DNA of 64,000 nucleotides, taken from a virus. Taxonomy: Duplodnaviria > Caudoviricetes. A program made the position numbers and the translations under genes. A model generated the notes under the pieces. It did not search any database and was not told where the DNA came from. It saw only the letters and a program-made list of their open reading frames with translations. The stretch is taken from the IMG/VR virus record IMGVR_UViG_3300031555_002578, one strand, 5' to 3'. Shown one piece after another: positions 45,563 to 58,091 of this stretch. Numbering within the stretch: the stretch's first letter is position 1; each line of letters begins with the position of its first letter.

Positions 45563-45591
45563 ATTATACCATAAAAATAAAGCGTAGTAAA
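45563..45591 (-). promoter_or_regulatory. Antisense sigma-A promoter straddling the 3' splice site
   Basis: TTTACT(45591-86)-N17-TATAAT(45568-63) with the extended TG. Confidence 0.6.
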
Positions 45592-48500
45592 CTATGGAGC
45601 AGATGGTCAAATCTCTAATATTTTTAGCGAATATAAACAGGCTAAATTAGTGTCTCAAAGTTCAGCAAATTTTGCAAATCAAATTTTTGCTATGAATAAT
45701 GATACTTTTAAAACTAAAGATTTAGATGCTTTCGCTAAAGGAATCGGCAATGTAAATTCTACTGTATTACATTCTGCAAAATTAATGCAAGAAGGTAAAT
45801 TAAGTACCGATGATTTCAAAAAAGTAGTCGCAGGTACAGTTCCTAAATTAGATGATTTTGCAATGAATTTAAAGAACATAGCATTAAATATGGGTGCTAT
45901 GTTAGCAGTGATGATTGCTATTAAAGCAGTAACTTATATAGTTGATGAATTATATGTTTCTTTTGAAGAACAGAAAGAAATTGTTGAAGATTTGACTAAT
46001 AGTATTGATGAACTTCAATCTGAATATGACACTTTAAAAGCAGATGGTTCTGGCTCTAATGCAGAATTAAATTATCTGAAAAAACAGATTGATTATAAAA
46101 AAGATTTACTTGAAATTGAAAAAGAACGTCTTGCTTTAAAAGATATAGAAGAAAATATGCCAGATTTATCTAGTGATACTGGCACATCTGGTGGTCATGT
46201 TAATGCTACTTGGACACCAGATGATATTGCTGAATCTGATATTCAAGAAGATTTAAGACAACTTGAAGCAATTCATAATCGTATGGAAGATATGCGTAAG
46301 AATGGCACGAATAATGCTAGTAACTATGTATATCAAAATCAACTTGCTGAAGAAGCAAGATATATGCAATCTTTAAGTGATAATATTGGATATCTAAAAG
46401 AAGATTATGCTGAAATTGCCGAAGCAAAGGCTAAACTTGAAGAATATATTTCTGATGGTATTTTAAAAGGTTATAATGCTGAAAAAGCAAAAGAGCAAAT
46501 TATAGAATATCAAAAAGAACTTAATAGATTAGACCCCATTATTTTAAATGCTGAGATTGAATTAGGTACTGCAAATTTTGAAGATAAATATAATGCATAT
46601 TTAGATAAAATTAAAAAGGCTAATTCGATGGAAAATCTTGGGGTGTCTGAAGACAAATACCGTGATGTTGGATATGGTGGAACACTTATAAAATCTAGTG
46701 AATTAGATAGTCTAATTGATAAAAATAAAGAGTTAAACACCACATTCCAAAGTGGCGAAATAACTGCATCTGAATATTTTAATAGCCTATCAAAAATGTT
46801 TGAAAAAGGTGGGAAAATTGCAGATGCTTATGACAAACTTGATTTTGACCGTGTTGCAAATGAATCTGGGAAATGGGTTCTTAATAGTACAGACTATTTA
46901 GAAGAAACTGTTTCACAATTAGTTTCTCAAATAACAGATGCAACATATGAAGTAACAAATGCTTTTGCTCGTGGAGATATTTCTGTTAAAGAATATTACG
47001 ATTCTTTACAAGAAAGTGCTGATGCACAATTAAAAGCATTGAAGACAACTAATAAATTAACTATAGGAACAGATGATTTGGCTTATGCTACAGAAGATAG
47101 TAGTGAACAGACCAAACAAGCAGTAGAACATTATAATGAATTACACAATCAATTAGAAGAAATGGATATCATGGAACAATTGGTTGATGTGAATACTAAA
47201 TATGCTGACACATTAGATGATATTGGTACTGCAACAGAAGATATGTTGAATGATGCATCTATACAGAATTATGTATCAGAAGCATCTAATGCGGTTGCGT
47301 CTTACATGCAACAAATGCATTCCTATTATGAAACTACTGGACAAGATTTTCAGACTTTAGTTAATTATTTTAATGAAGTTGCAGGTTCAAGTTTTACAGC
47401 ACAAGAATTGTTATCTAAAAATAGTGCGGATATTATTTCTGATTATTTTGGGGATACAATGTCTGGCGTTACTGATTTGGCAACTGCTATTGCAACAATG
47501 ACAGGTGATGTTATTGCTGATGGTGCAAGTAAAATTGGTGATGTATTAACTGCATTGGGAGATACAATCTCTAACTTTGATTATACATTAAATATTAGTA
47601 CGGAAGGTTTTGATATCCCTTGGTCTGATATTATTACACTAAAAGGAATATCATTGCCACCAATAAACGCCGCAATTAATTTTGATGGTTCTGGAGAATC
47701 TGTTGGTGCATTAGGTGATGCAATTAAGGGTGTTGGGGATTGGGTAAAAACTGATGCTACTCAATTGGCATTAAAAAATATTATTGGCAATTTTGATAGT
47801 TGGAAACCTAAGAATAATGGTTCTGATTCTACATCTCCATATACTTCACTCGATTCACCTACTGATAAAGATTCTAGTGGAGGTTCTGGTTCTTCCAAAG
47901 ACCCTCATGTTGCAGAAATTGATAAATATAAAGAACTGACTGATGCAGTTGAAGATTATGACCGTCAATTAGAAAGACTTGAAAATGCCTATGACCATAC
48001 AGATAATGTAAAAGAACGTATTGGTTTGAAACAAGCAGAAATTCAGATTTATCAGAGACAGAAAGATGCTATTGATGCATTAAATAAGGCTCGTGATGTT
48101 GAAATTAGTCAAAATGTTGAATTACTGCGTAAGCAAGGATTTAAGATTACATATGACCCTAATACTGAACAATTGATAATTCATAATCGTGAACATATCA
48201 ATGACTTGTCTCAGGATATTATTGAAACATATGAAGACCTAATTGAAACAACTGATGAACTGAATGATGCCAATAAAGATTCTGCTGACCAATGGGATGA
48301 ATTAACTTATGCTATTGTTGATGCAGGTAAAGAGTTGACTGAACTTCGTATTGAACAATATGAAAAATATATAACAGAGCAAGAACATCTGTTAAAACTA
48401 CTTGCTAATCGTGACGATGCTCTGAAACAAGACCTTCCTATCTATGATGATATGATGGATGCTACACTAAAAATGTGGCAAGAACTTGTTGATGACGGTT

Positions 48501-51382
48501 ATGAAAAAAATAAAGAGCAGATTCAAGAATTAGAAGAAGCATGGATGGACTTCTATGATTCTCGTATTGAGCGTGAAAAAGAACTTCTTGAAAAACAATT
48601 AGATGATAATGATGATGCACTAGATGCTATTATTAAGGTTATTGAAGATGAAATTGAAGCCATTGATGACCAAATTGATTCTTTGAAAGAAGCGAATGAT
48701 GAACGTAAGAAAGCACTTGAACTGCAAAAAGCACAGGCTGAATTAGATAAACAACGCAATCAAAAAACTAGATTAGTTCTGCGTAAAGGCAAAGGTTGGG
48801 TTTGGGAATCTGATGAAGATGCTGTTAAAGAAGCAGAAGAAAATGTTTCTGACCTAAAATATGAACAGCAAGTAGATAAACTTGAAAAAGAAAAAGAAAA
48901 ATTAGAAGATTTAAAAGAGTTGTGGGAAGAAATTCCAGACATTAAACAGAATGAATGGAATGAACAACTCATGATTGATAAACTTGGTGCTGATGCTGAA
49001 GAAGATATTTTAAGTGGCAGAATCGATGTTATGGAAGATTTCAGAGATGACTACACTGATATTCAGCAACAAATCAAGGATAAGACTGACGAACTTGAAC
49101 AACATACCAGTGATGCGTATACAAAGATTGTAAAAGAATTTGAAAGACTTGCTAAACTTGCAGGTATTGATTTTAACCTAGATGATGGTGAAAAGATTAC
49201 AACTACACAATCTTCTTGGTATGTAAATAAAAATGGTAAAGCCCCTTCTCAGGCTCAAGTTGGAGATATTGTATACACTAAAGGTGGTACATATCGTATT
49301 ACAGCAAAAGATGAGAATGGTAAGTTTACTAGCGAAAAGATTAATGATAAATCTACTGACATTGCTGAAAACCAATGGGGCAAAAAGATTTCTGAACGTG
49401 TAATTGCATCTGGGGAAGATGTTGTTGATTCTGTAAAAGATATTATTCGCACTAATGAAGATTTGGTTGATGCTGAAAGACGAAATATTCTAACAAGTGA
49501 AAATCTATCCAAATATATTGTAGATGGCAATACTATTACAGAATTTAATAGTGATGTTATTGATGATAATACTGATGAAACAGAAGATTTATCTGATGAT
49601 ACTGAAGAAAATAGTGAAGTAACAGAAGACAATACATCTGAACTAAAAATTTTAAACAATAATCTTGAAAATCTTGAAAAATTATCTCTTGAAGAATTAC
49701 CAGAAGACCCCTTTGAAATGCTTGACTGGGGTTCTATGACAACAGATGAAAAGAACTGGATTAATCAGATGCGGGATGCATACATGATTGCCCTAGAACA
49801 AGGTAATGAAGTGTTTGCAAATCAGATTCTTGGCATGTTGTCTGACTTCCAAGCAGGTTATGGTGACGAATATATTCAGATTGGTAAAGATGCTTATAAT
49901 GCCGCTACAAATCCTTTTGGATATGAAGGAAAAACTTCAACTGGAGGTGGTGGTGGTTCTGGCACTGAAGATAGAATTGCCGACCTGAAATGGCTAAAAA
50001 GTAAAGTTGATGAAGACCCTAGTAAGTGGTCTGATAAGTTTAAAGATACTTTGGAACGAGCAATTGCTATTGAAGAATATGGTTCTGGCACTGATTCTTA
50101 TAAATATAACAATGGTTATATGACAACTACCATTACATCTGCCACAAATGAAGCAGAAAATTATATGACTGCTGAAGAAATCAAGATGAAGTATGACTAT
50201 GAACATGGTAATACTAATAACGGATATGACCCTGAAAAGATGGCAGAAACAGTTGCAGATAGAATTGCAGAAGCAATTGAAGATGGTGCTGACAGTATTT
50301 GGGGTGGATTCTTACCTAAAGATTTTGATTATGCTACAGAAGTAATTAAGGATAATGAAGAATCTTTGAAAGATTATATTAAATCTACTACATCTGGCTC
50401 TAGCAGTGGGAATAAAACATCTAGTCAAAAGGCTATGGATGATAATAAAGTATCACAATCTGATAGAGATAAAATTGCTGATGCTCAAAAGAAATATAAT
50501 GAAGCAAAAGCAAAAGGTGATACTCAAGGAATGGCTGATGCCCATAAAGAAGCAGAATCTATTCGTAATAGTTATGGTTATTCTGGTGGTGTGGATGGTT
50601 CAGAAAACATCAGAACAACATCTGCTAATACCAAGTCTGTGAGTGAAAACACCAAGGCTACTACTTATAATGCAGATTCTACTAATGATAATACAGATTC
50701 TATGGATGCTAACTCAGATTCAGTAGATAAAAATACTAAATCTAATGAAAGTTTAGGGGAAAAATTAGATAAAGGATTGACAGTTAATGTAACTGGAACT
50801 GGTTCTGGTAGTGGTAGTTCTGGTAGCAAAGGTGGTTCTGGTGGAGGTAGTTATGGAAGTAATTCATTGCCATCAGAAGGTAGAGTAAAATGGACGAAAA
50901 CAGATAATGGTGATGGAACAACAACACATACTGCAATTGGTAGTGATGGTAGTACCAAAGTAAGTTACACTACAAAGAATAAAAAAGCAAAAGGTGGCTT
51001 AAACCTTAAAGGTGATATTTATAATGTCAATGAAAAAGGTGATGAAATCGTTCTGGATAAACCAGAAGAAGGAAATTGGATTCGTATTAATACTGGTGGT
51101 ACTGTAATACCTCATGAAGCCGCTGAAAATATGTGGGAATTTGGTGCTAATCCTAAAATGTTTTTATCTGATTTACTTGGTTATGATGCTATGAAGATGA
51201 ATCAGCAAATGGTTTATATGGGTGGCACTGGCGAATCTAAGACTATTATTGAAAACCATTATCATGACATGCATTTCCATGACGTAAAAGATATGGATGG
51301 CGTAAAACAAATTCTTGCAGGTCTACCTGCTCATGCTGAACAGCATTGTACAAGTAGAACAAGAAGTGTTCGTACAGTTTAA
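45585..51382 (+). CDS. Tail tape measure protein, exon 2
   Basis: Frame is open upstream of the track's GTG 45650, which has no RBS. TM-like ALNMGAMLAVMIAIKAV, long coiled coils and C-terminal NEKGDE...GGTVIP; terminator at about 51395-51422. Confidence 0.85.
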
Positions 51383-51443
51383 TAAAATATTTATGGGTAG
51401 GGTTTTATCCCCTACCCTTTTTATATAGAAAAGAGGATATTCA

Positions 51444-54400
51444 ATGGCGAATATAAATGATTACATCTGTCAGGCAATTGATGTATTTTTTAAAAATACG
51501 CCATTGTCTTTTGACCAAACTAAAATTGGTCGTGTAACTGAAATTTTAAGTAATAATAGATATAAAGTGAAAATTCAAGACAATTTCTATACTATAAAAT
51601 CCCTATTTAATTATAGTGTAAATGAAAAAGTTTTTGTGTTGTTCCCTTGTGGAAGTACAACAAACCTTTATATCTATCCCAACAAACCAAGCATTACTGT
51701 ATCTGATGTTGAGCCTAGTTCTGCATCTGAAGGTGATGTTTGGATTAAGACATGAAGAAAGGTGGTAGATTAATAAATGGTAGTCTCCCCTATTCTGTTA
51801 AATTCTTTGCCTTTTGATGCTACAGAAAAATATATGTTGTATTTTTCATACTCTGGTTCTCAAGTATTTGGACATAGAATTATTGTTAAAACAAATGATA
51901 CATTGGAACAAGTTTATGATAGTGGAATTATAGAAAGTATGGCTTTAACTGCTACAATTCCTGCAAATACTTTAGAAAATGGTACTACATATCGTTTTCA
52001 AGTTTCTGTTATATGTTTAAATATAGAAGATGGTTCAAGAGTTGAAAGTTCTCCATCAAATACAGTTATTTTAAAATGTGTTGCAACACCTGAATTTGGT
52101 TTTGTTGATATTGAAGAAGGTGTGACAATACGAAATTCGTATTTTGATGCACAGTTATTTTTCTCTTGTGAAGACCCAATTGAAATATTAAATCAATATA
52201 AAGTAATTTTGTATGCATCAGATACAACAACATCATTATATGATTCTGGAACTATATATGCGAATTCTGGATTAACAGTTAGAATTTCTGGTTTGACTGA
52301 TTTAGAAACATATTATTTAAGAGCAACAGGTGAAACTCTTAGTGGTATGGAATTAGATACTGGATTAATTCAAATTAGATGTAATTATATTAAACCTGAC
52401 TTATTCTTGGCATTTTACGCTGACAATGTGCCTGAAGACGGTTTAGTTCAATTATCTTCTAACTTTGTAATGGTTGAAGGTGCTACTGATGCTGAATCAT
52501 TGATATATGTAGATGATGAAAAAGTTAATCTTTCAAATGGTGATAAAGTTTATTTTAAAGATGGTTTTACTGCAACAAATTTCACTTGTAAGATTATAGC
52601 GGAGAGTATTAATGATTTTTCTACTGTAATTACATTTGATATGGTTAATGCACAGGCATATGTGATGTGGTGTAAAGGAATTTTTGAAGGTGAAGAAACA
52701 GAAACTTATTATGCTGAATTAGTTGCCTATTCTTATATTGGTTATGAAAGATTAAATTACATTCAGTTAAGTAATAGAATTGAACCACCAAATGATGACG
52801 AACAGGTTTATTTTTGGATTCGTCATGTAGATGGATGTTTTGATATAAAAATTGAAAAATTAACAATTGAAGAAGTTGTAGAAGTTATTGAGGAAGGTGG
52901 AGTTGAATGATTTTCTTAGGTAGTTTTTCTGCAATGGAAATCAATACTACACCTGTAAATACTGAAACTACAGAAAAAGTAGAGATTTCTAATGCAGTTT
53001 TTGATGAGATGTATATGGATAGTGATACATCTTTAGAATATGATACAGAAATTCCTGCATGGGGATATACAACTATTCTTGATGCAAAATTCCAGAATAA
53101 TATTCTTGCAGGTAATGTAGATTTTACTCTTGCTTCTATTACTGGCATGTTTATCAAGAAAAGAAAAGTTGGAGATTTTAAATGGACTACAATTCACTAT
53201 GTTCCTATTAATTCTGAAGAAGATTTTGATTTCTACTATAATGATATCGTTGTTGCATCTAATACGAGTTATGAATATGCGGCAGTTCCCGTAGTAGACA
53301 ATGCTGAAGGTACATATCAAACAATTAAAGTTGATGTTTGTTATGATGGTTGTTTTATTATTGACCCCACTTATGGATATCAAGTTGTTGGTGAATTAAA
53401 ACGTAGTAATTTGAGTAGAAAAATTCCTGTCAATATTATTGAACCAATTCATTCTCAGTATCCATTTATACATTATTACTCCGAATCTAAGTATGACCAA
53501 TTTACTGTATCTGGTTGGTTTGTGGAAAGAAATAAAGAAACCTATTTGTTTGATTCTTCAAATGGTTGGAAATATCGTGAAAAAGTTAGAGATTTCTTAT
53601 CCAATAGAAGACCAAAGATTGTTAAATGGTATGATGGTCAAATTTATATGGTTTGTGTAACAAGTGATGTTGGAGAAACTGAAGGTGTGTTTAATGAGCA
53701 TGTAACAACAAACATTCAATTTACTCAAATTGGTGATGTTTATAGCAACTCTGATTTGTATAAATATGGATTTATCAATTTCTTAGAGGCAGGTGTATAA
53801 CAAATGGCTTATTACCCTACCCAAAGAGATATAGATGCTCTTACTGCTCCAGAAAAAATTTTGTATGCAAAAATTCTTCTATTGAATGATAATTTTCAAA
53901 CAATATATGAAATGAAGCATGAATTTGTTTCTGGACAGTTATCTACTAATGTTGATTCTGATATAAGAAATACATTTAGTATGACTTTAGCAGTTATCAA
54001 TAATAATGTAGGTATTGAAGAAGATAAATTATTGTGGATTGATAAATTTGTAAAGGTGTTTGTTGGTGTGCAAGTCCCCTATCCTATTGATGAAGTTTAT
54101 TATTATGATAGCACTGGAATTGTCAAAGGTAATAGACAGACAGATATTTTATGGTATGATAAAGGGATTTTTGTATTAACTGATTATATTTATAATCCAC
54201 AAAGTAAAACATTACAAATAAATTGTTCTGATTTGGTATGTAAATTAAATGGTGATGTTGGTGGTGCTTTAGAAGGTCTGGAAACTGTTATTAAAGAAGA
54301 AGAAGGTTGGACTATTCGTGAAGCAATTATTGAAACGTTAAAACGATATACCTCTTTTACTAAATATAACATTGTAGAAATTCCAAATGAAAAAAATCCA

Positions 54401-55444
54401 AAAAAAATTCCTCATGATTTAGAATTTAGTTCTTCTGATACAGTGTGGACTATATTGACTAAATTGAGAGATTTAGAAGCAGGATATGAAATGTTTTTTG
54501 ATATAGATGGAACTTTTGTATGTAAAAGAGTTTCTATATTGGATACTGACCCTGTTGTATTGGATGATACTATATTGCAACGCTTATATATTTCTGAAAC
54601 AGATAATGGTGTTTTAAGAGATATTAGAAATGTAAGTAAAGTTTGGGGTAAGTGTTTAGATACAGATTATTTCACAGAAACTTGTGAATATGATGAAGCA
54701 ACAAATACTTATAAAGCACATTTTAAAGATATTGCTTTAGAGGATGATGATGGTACAAAAATACTTCCTACAAGTACAAAGTTTGCAGTAAAGATTCCTA
54801 GTACAAACATAAAAGAAGCCCCAAAAATTGCTATTTATAATACTCCTACCGATGGAACAGAAACATTAGTTGGCACTTATGATATTACAGATAGTTTAGA
54901 AGAAAAAGTTGTAAAAGATTTCTTCACTGCAACTCGTTCTTTTGTTTTTAGATATCGTAGAAAAACAATGTATGCTATGGGACAATATCAAATTGTTGCA
55001 ATTAATAAGTTGTATAATGTTATGCCAACTGATGAAATAAAAAATGAAGAAAAAATAAAACATAATTGTGATGATATTACATACACAATAGACCCCACTT
55101 CTCCTTTTGCTGTAGAAAGAATTGGTGAAAGATGGAAAGTGTGCAGTGGTGGAGAGTATGATGATATTGAAGCAATTGATGATTGTATAACAAGAGCAGA
55201 ATATGAGACATGGCTTTCTGCAAAAGTTGTGTATACTGTTTCTCTTGAAATGGTTTTTATTCCTTGGTTACAAGGAAATGAGAAAATTAGATTTACGTTG
55301 TCTGCGACTGGTGAAGTTAAAGATTGGGTAGTACAAAGTATTAGTTCATCCTACCCTTATGGCACTATGTCTCTCAGTTTAACAGAATTCTCCCCTCTTT
55401 ATAATTTTGAGGTTGAAGATGAAGTAATTGAGGGGACAACTTAA
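51444..55444 (+). CDS. Distal tail/baseplate genes: 51444-51755, 51777-52910 (FN3-like beta-rich), 52907-53800, 53804-55444 (hub/Tal-like)
   Basis: Contiguous ORFs after the TMP. Function is assigned by position and composition. Confidence 0.6.
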
Positions 55445-55467
55445 TAAGGAAAGGATGTGAAAATTAA

Positions 55468-56664
55468 ATGAGTGAAGTAATTAAGTATGATGATTTAACA
55501 CACACTAAGTTTCCTTTACAGGAAGATAAGTTAAAATATATTCGTGACCCAAAAGATAGTGAAATACCTTTAATTAATCAGTACAATACATATATGGCTA
55601 CAGGTCAATATATTAATGCATATGAATTTTTAAATCAAAACCCTACTCTAACAGAATGTATTATTAATGCCGACCTATTATTATCTCTGCATCATTCAAT
55701 TATTGCATTGCAGAGATTTTTTAATGGGAATGTATTAGAACACATTTATCGTATTGGTCAACAAAAAGGTGATTGGAACGAAAATATGTCTTCTGATGCA
55801 TCATCTGAAGCATTGAAACTAAATATGTATGATATTGTTCGTTATCCTGTTGATGGATTAAATCAATATTTTATGGTTATTAGTAGTAATATCGTTGCAG
55901 GAACTTTACCTACAGATATGAGTTTTTATATGCAGATGACTATAAAAGGTGATAAAGGTGACGAAGGATATACCCCACAAAAAAATATAGATTATTGGGA
56001 TGGTGAAAGTGGTACTGGTTTATCCCCTTGTGGTGCTTGGATTGCTGATAGAACTTATGCTCAATATGATATGGTTTCTTATAATGGAGAACTATATTAT
56101 TTAATTTCTGATTCTAGTATTAATGAAATTCCTGAAGATTATAATGTTTGGGAAAAAATTATTTTTTCTGTAAAATTAGATATTGGTAGAGATGTAAGAA
56201 CAGATTTAGAAGATGAAGGTATTTGGTTTCATCAACAAGAAGATAATGATTCACATATAATTCTTAAAACAAAAACAAGTTCTGGAGAATTTTTAACCAT
56301 TTATCCAGAAACGAAAGAAGCATATATATCTGATTCAAATGGTATTAATTTACAAGAAAAATTATATTATTTGTATTTTGAAAGATTGGATGTAATTGTT
56401 TCTACTACAATAGATGATGAAGCAGGAACTTATAAAAAAATAGCAAAATTATCTGAAAATGAAGATGTAGTTGTTGCAACATATTTTATAGTTGATACGT
56501 TAGATATAGATGGTACAATAAAGACAGAATTTAATATATATGATGAAACTGGTTCTGCTAATTTATATAGAATTATTGAAACAACAATTGAAGTAGAAAA
56601 TGAAGATGGGACTGTTTCTTATAATACTTCAAGATATAGAAGTTATAGTATTGACTTAATGTAA
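55468..56664 (+). CDS. Tail fibre/receptor-binding-related protein
   Basis: Collagen-like KGDKGDEG; carbohydrate-binding-like GAWIADRTYAQYDMVSYNG repeat. Confidence 0.6.
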   Translation: MSEVIKYDDLTHTKFPLQEDKLKYIRDPKDSEIPLINQYNTYMATGQYINAYEFLNQNPTLTECIINADLLLSLHHSIIALQRFFNGNVLEHIYRIGQQKGDWNENMSSDASSEALKLNMYDIVRYPVDGLNQYFMVISSNIVAGTLPTDMSFYMQMTIKGDKGDEGYTPQKNIDYWDGESGTGLSPCGAWIADRTYAQYDMVSYNGELYYLISDSSINEIPEDYNVWEKIIFSVKLDIGRDVRTDLEDEGIWFHQQEDNDSHIILKTKTSSGEFLTIYPETKEAYISDSNGINLQEKLYYLYFERLDVIVSTTIDDEAGTYKKIAKLSENEDVVVATYFIVDTLDIDGTIKTEFNIYDETGSANLYRIIETTIEVENEDGTVSYNTSRYRSYSIDLM

Positions 56665-56686
56665 TTTTATCAGGAGGTAATATTAA

Positions 56687-56851
56687 ATGGCAACACTAGA
56701 TAATGCCCTTTTAGTAAAAAGTTTGACAAGTTTATATAATAAGAATAAAAAAGAAAATTTTACTCTTAATTCTGTTACACCAGAACAATTGAAAAGTATG
56801 ATTGGAGTAACAATTTCTGAAGAAACTTATAACAAAATTGTAAATGAATGA
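56687..56851 (+). CDS. Small XkdX-like protein (54 aa; not in the ORF track)
   Basis: AGGAGG RBS; ends GVTISEETYNKIVNE; terminator at 56854-56887. Confidence 0.55.
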   Translation: MATLDNALLVKSLTSLYNKNKKENFTLNSVTPEQLKSMIGVTISEETYNKIVNE

Positions 56852-56929
56852 TTAAGACCTTTGCTATTACAAAGGTCTTTTATTTTTATAAAAGTTATTA
56901 AATACAAATCTTTTTAAAGGAGGATTTTT

Positions 56930-57781
56930 ATGGATAATACTTTTGATATTATTAATAGTAGGAAATTAACTAATATTCAGCAAAGTTTATTAAATCTTGC
57001 CACTCAAAAAAATCAACAAGAATTATTAGATGCTATTGAAGCAATGTCTGCTAATTCTGGTTCTGGTGGTGGGAATAGTGTTCATGGATATGAAGAATTC
57101 ACTACAGCAGGAACATATACTTGGACATGCCCTGAAGGGGTAAATGAAATTACTGTTGTATTAGTTGGTGCATGTGGTGGTGGTGGCGGTGGTGCAGGAG
57201 CACACAGATATCCAGTTGGTTGCTATACATACTATATGTCTGGTGGAGGTGGTGGAAGTGGTGCTACTGGAGGAAGTGGAATATGGCAATATACAGTTGT
57301 TCCAAATAAAGTATATTCATTAACTGTAGGAACAGGTGGTTCTGGTGGTTCTGGTGGAGCCGCTGTTCACACATATACTGCCAATGATAATTCTTATTGT
57401 GGAGGAACTGGAGGAACTGGTGGTGTAACAAAATTTGATGTGTTGACTGTTCCCGGCGGCGGCGGCGGAGGTGGTGGAAATGGGTATAATAGTGGTGGTA
57501 GTGGTGGTGCTATTGCAAGTGTGGAATGTTTTGGTACTGTAAGTGTTGGTATTGCGGGTAATTCTGGTGGGGTTGGTAATGGAACTTATTCTTGGTCTAC
57601 TGATTATGTTGCTGCTGGTGGTGCAGGAGCACAATCGATAAAAAATAATGGGTTAATTTTATCTGGGAATTTTTCAAGTGGGGCAGGTGGTGCAGGTGGC
57701 AAAAGAACTGGAACAAGTGCAGGTAATGCAGGTTCAGCAGGAGCAAAAGGTTATGATGGTATGGTTATAATAATGTATTGA
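56930..57781 (+). CDS. Glycine-rich tail-associated protein
   Basis: FTTAGTYTWTCPEGV..ITVVLVGACGGGGG...GYDGMVIIMY, a typical phage Gly-rich domain. Confidence 0.75.
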   Translation: MDNTFDIINSRKLTNIQQSLLNLATQKNQQELLDAIEAMSANSGSGGGNSVHGYEEFTTAGTYTWTCPEGVNEITVVLVGACGGGGGGAGAHRYPVGCYTYYMSGGGGGSGATGGSGIWQYTVVPNKVYSLTVGTGGSGGSGGAAVHTYTANDNSYCGGTGGTGGVTKFDVLTVPGGGGGGGGNGYNSGGSGGAIASVECFGTVSVGIAGNSGGVGNGTYSWSTDYVAAGGAGAQSIKNNGLILSGNFSSGAGGAGGKRTGTSAGNAGSAGAKGYDGMVIIMY

Positions 57782-57800
57782 TTTGTAAGTGGTGATTTTT

Positions 57801-58091
57801 ATGTTTTATAAAATTCCTTTAAATTCAGACTTATCTAATATTGCTTATAGATGTATGGATATTGTGGATGATTATATTTATATTGAATATTTAGAAGGAG
57901 AAATTTTAGATTCTTGGATTAATATTGATGAAAATTCGATTCGTTCTATGTTTCCTAATTGGTTTGAAACAGTTATTGAATTAACTCAATTAGATAGAAT
58001 AGAAAATGCTATTTCTATTTCAAACGAAGAACTTAGACAAGAAGGAGCAGATGCTCTAACTGAAGCATTAATTAATAGTGGTATTTTATAA
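57801..58091 (+). CDS. Hypothetical (tail fibre chaperone-like) protein
   Basis: ELTQLDRIE...L.EALINSGIL C-terminus. Confidence 0.55.
   Translation: MFYKIPLNSDLSNIAYRCMDIVDDYIYIEYLEGEILDSWINIDENSIRSMFPNWFETVIELTQLDRIENAISISNEELRQEGADALTEALINSGIL

Larger units (their letters stand above)
44608..45584 (+). ncRNA. Group I-like self-splicing intron in the tape measure gene, carrying antisense cargo
   Basis: P1: GGAU(44604-07)/GUCC(44622-25) with a U-G wobble. P10: CATAGTTTACT(44611-21)/AGTAAACTATG(45586-96). Terminal G45584. In-frame ligation and many internal stems. Confidence 0.8.

Noticed and set aside
44608-45584. Group II intron, frameshift or stop-codon recoding as the cause of the split TMP
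   Set aside because: No GUGYG start, domain V or RT ORF; the gap is about 1 kb with stops; other genes are intact in the standard code; P1/P10 explain the junction.
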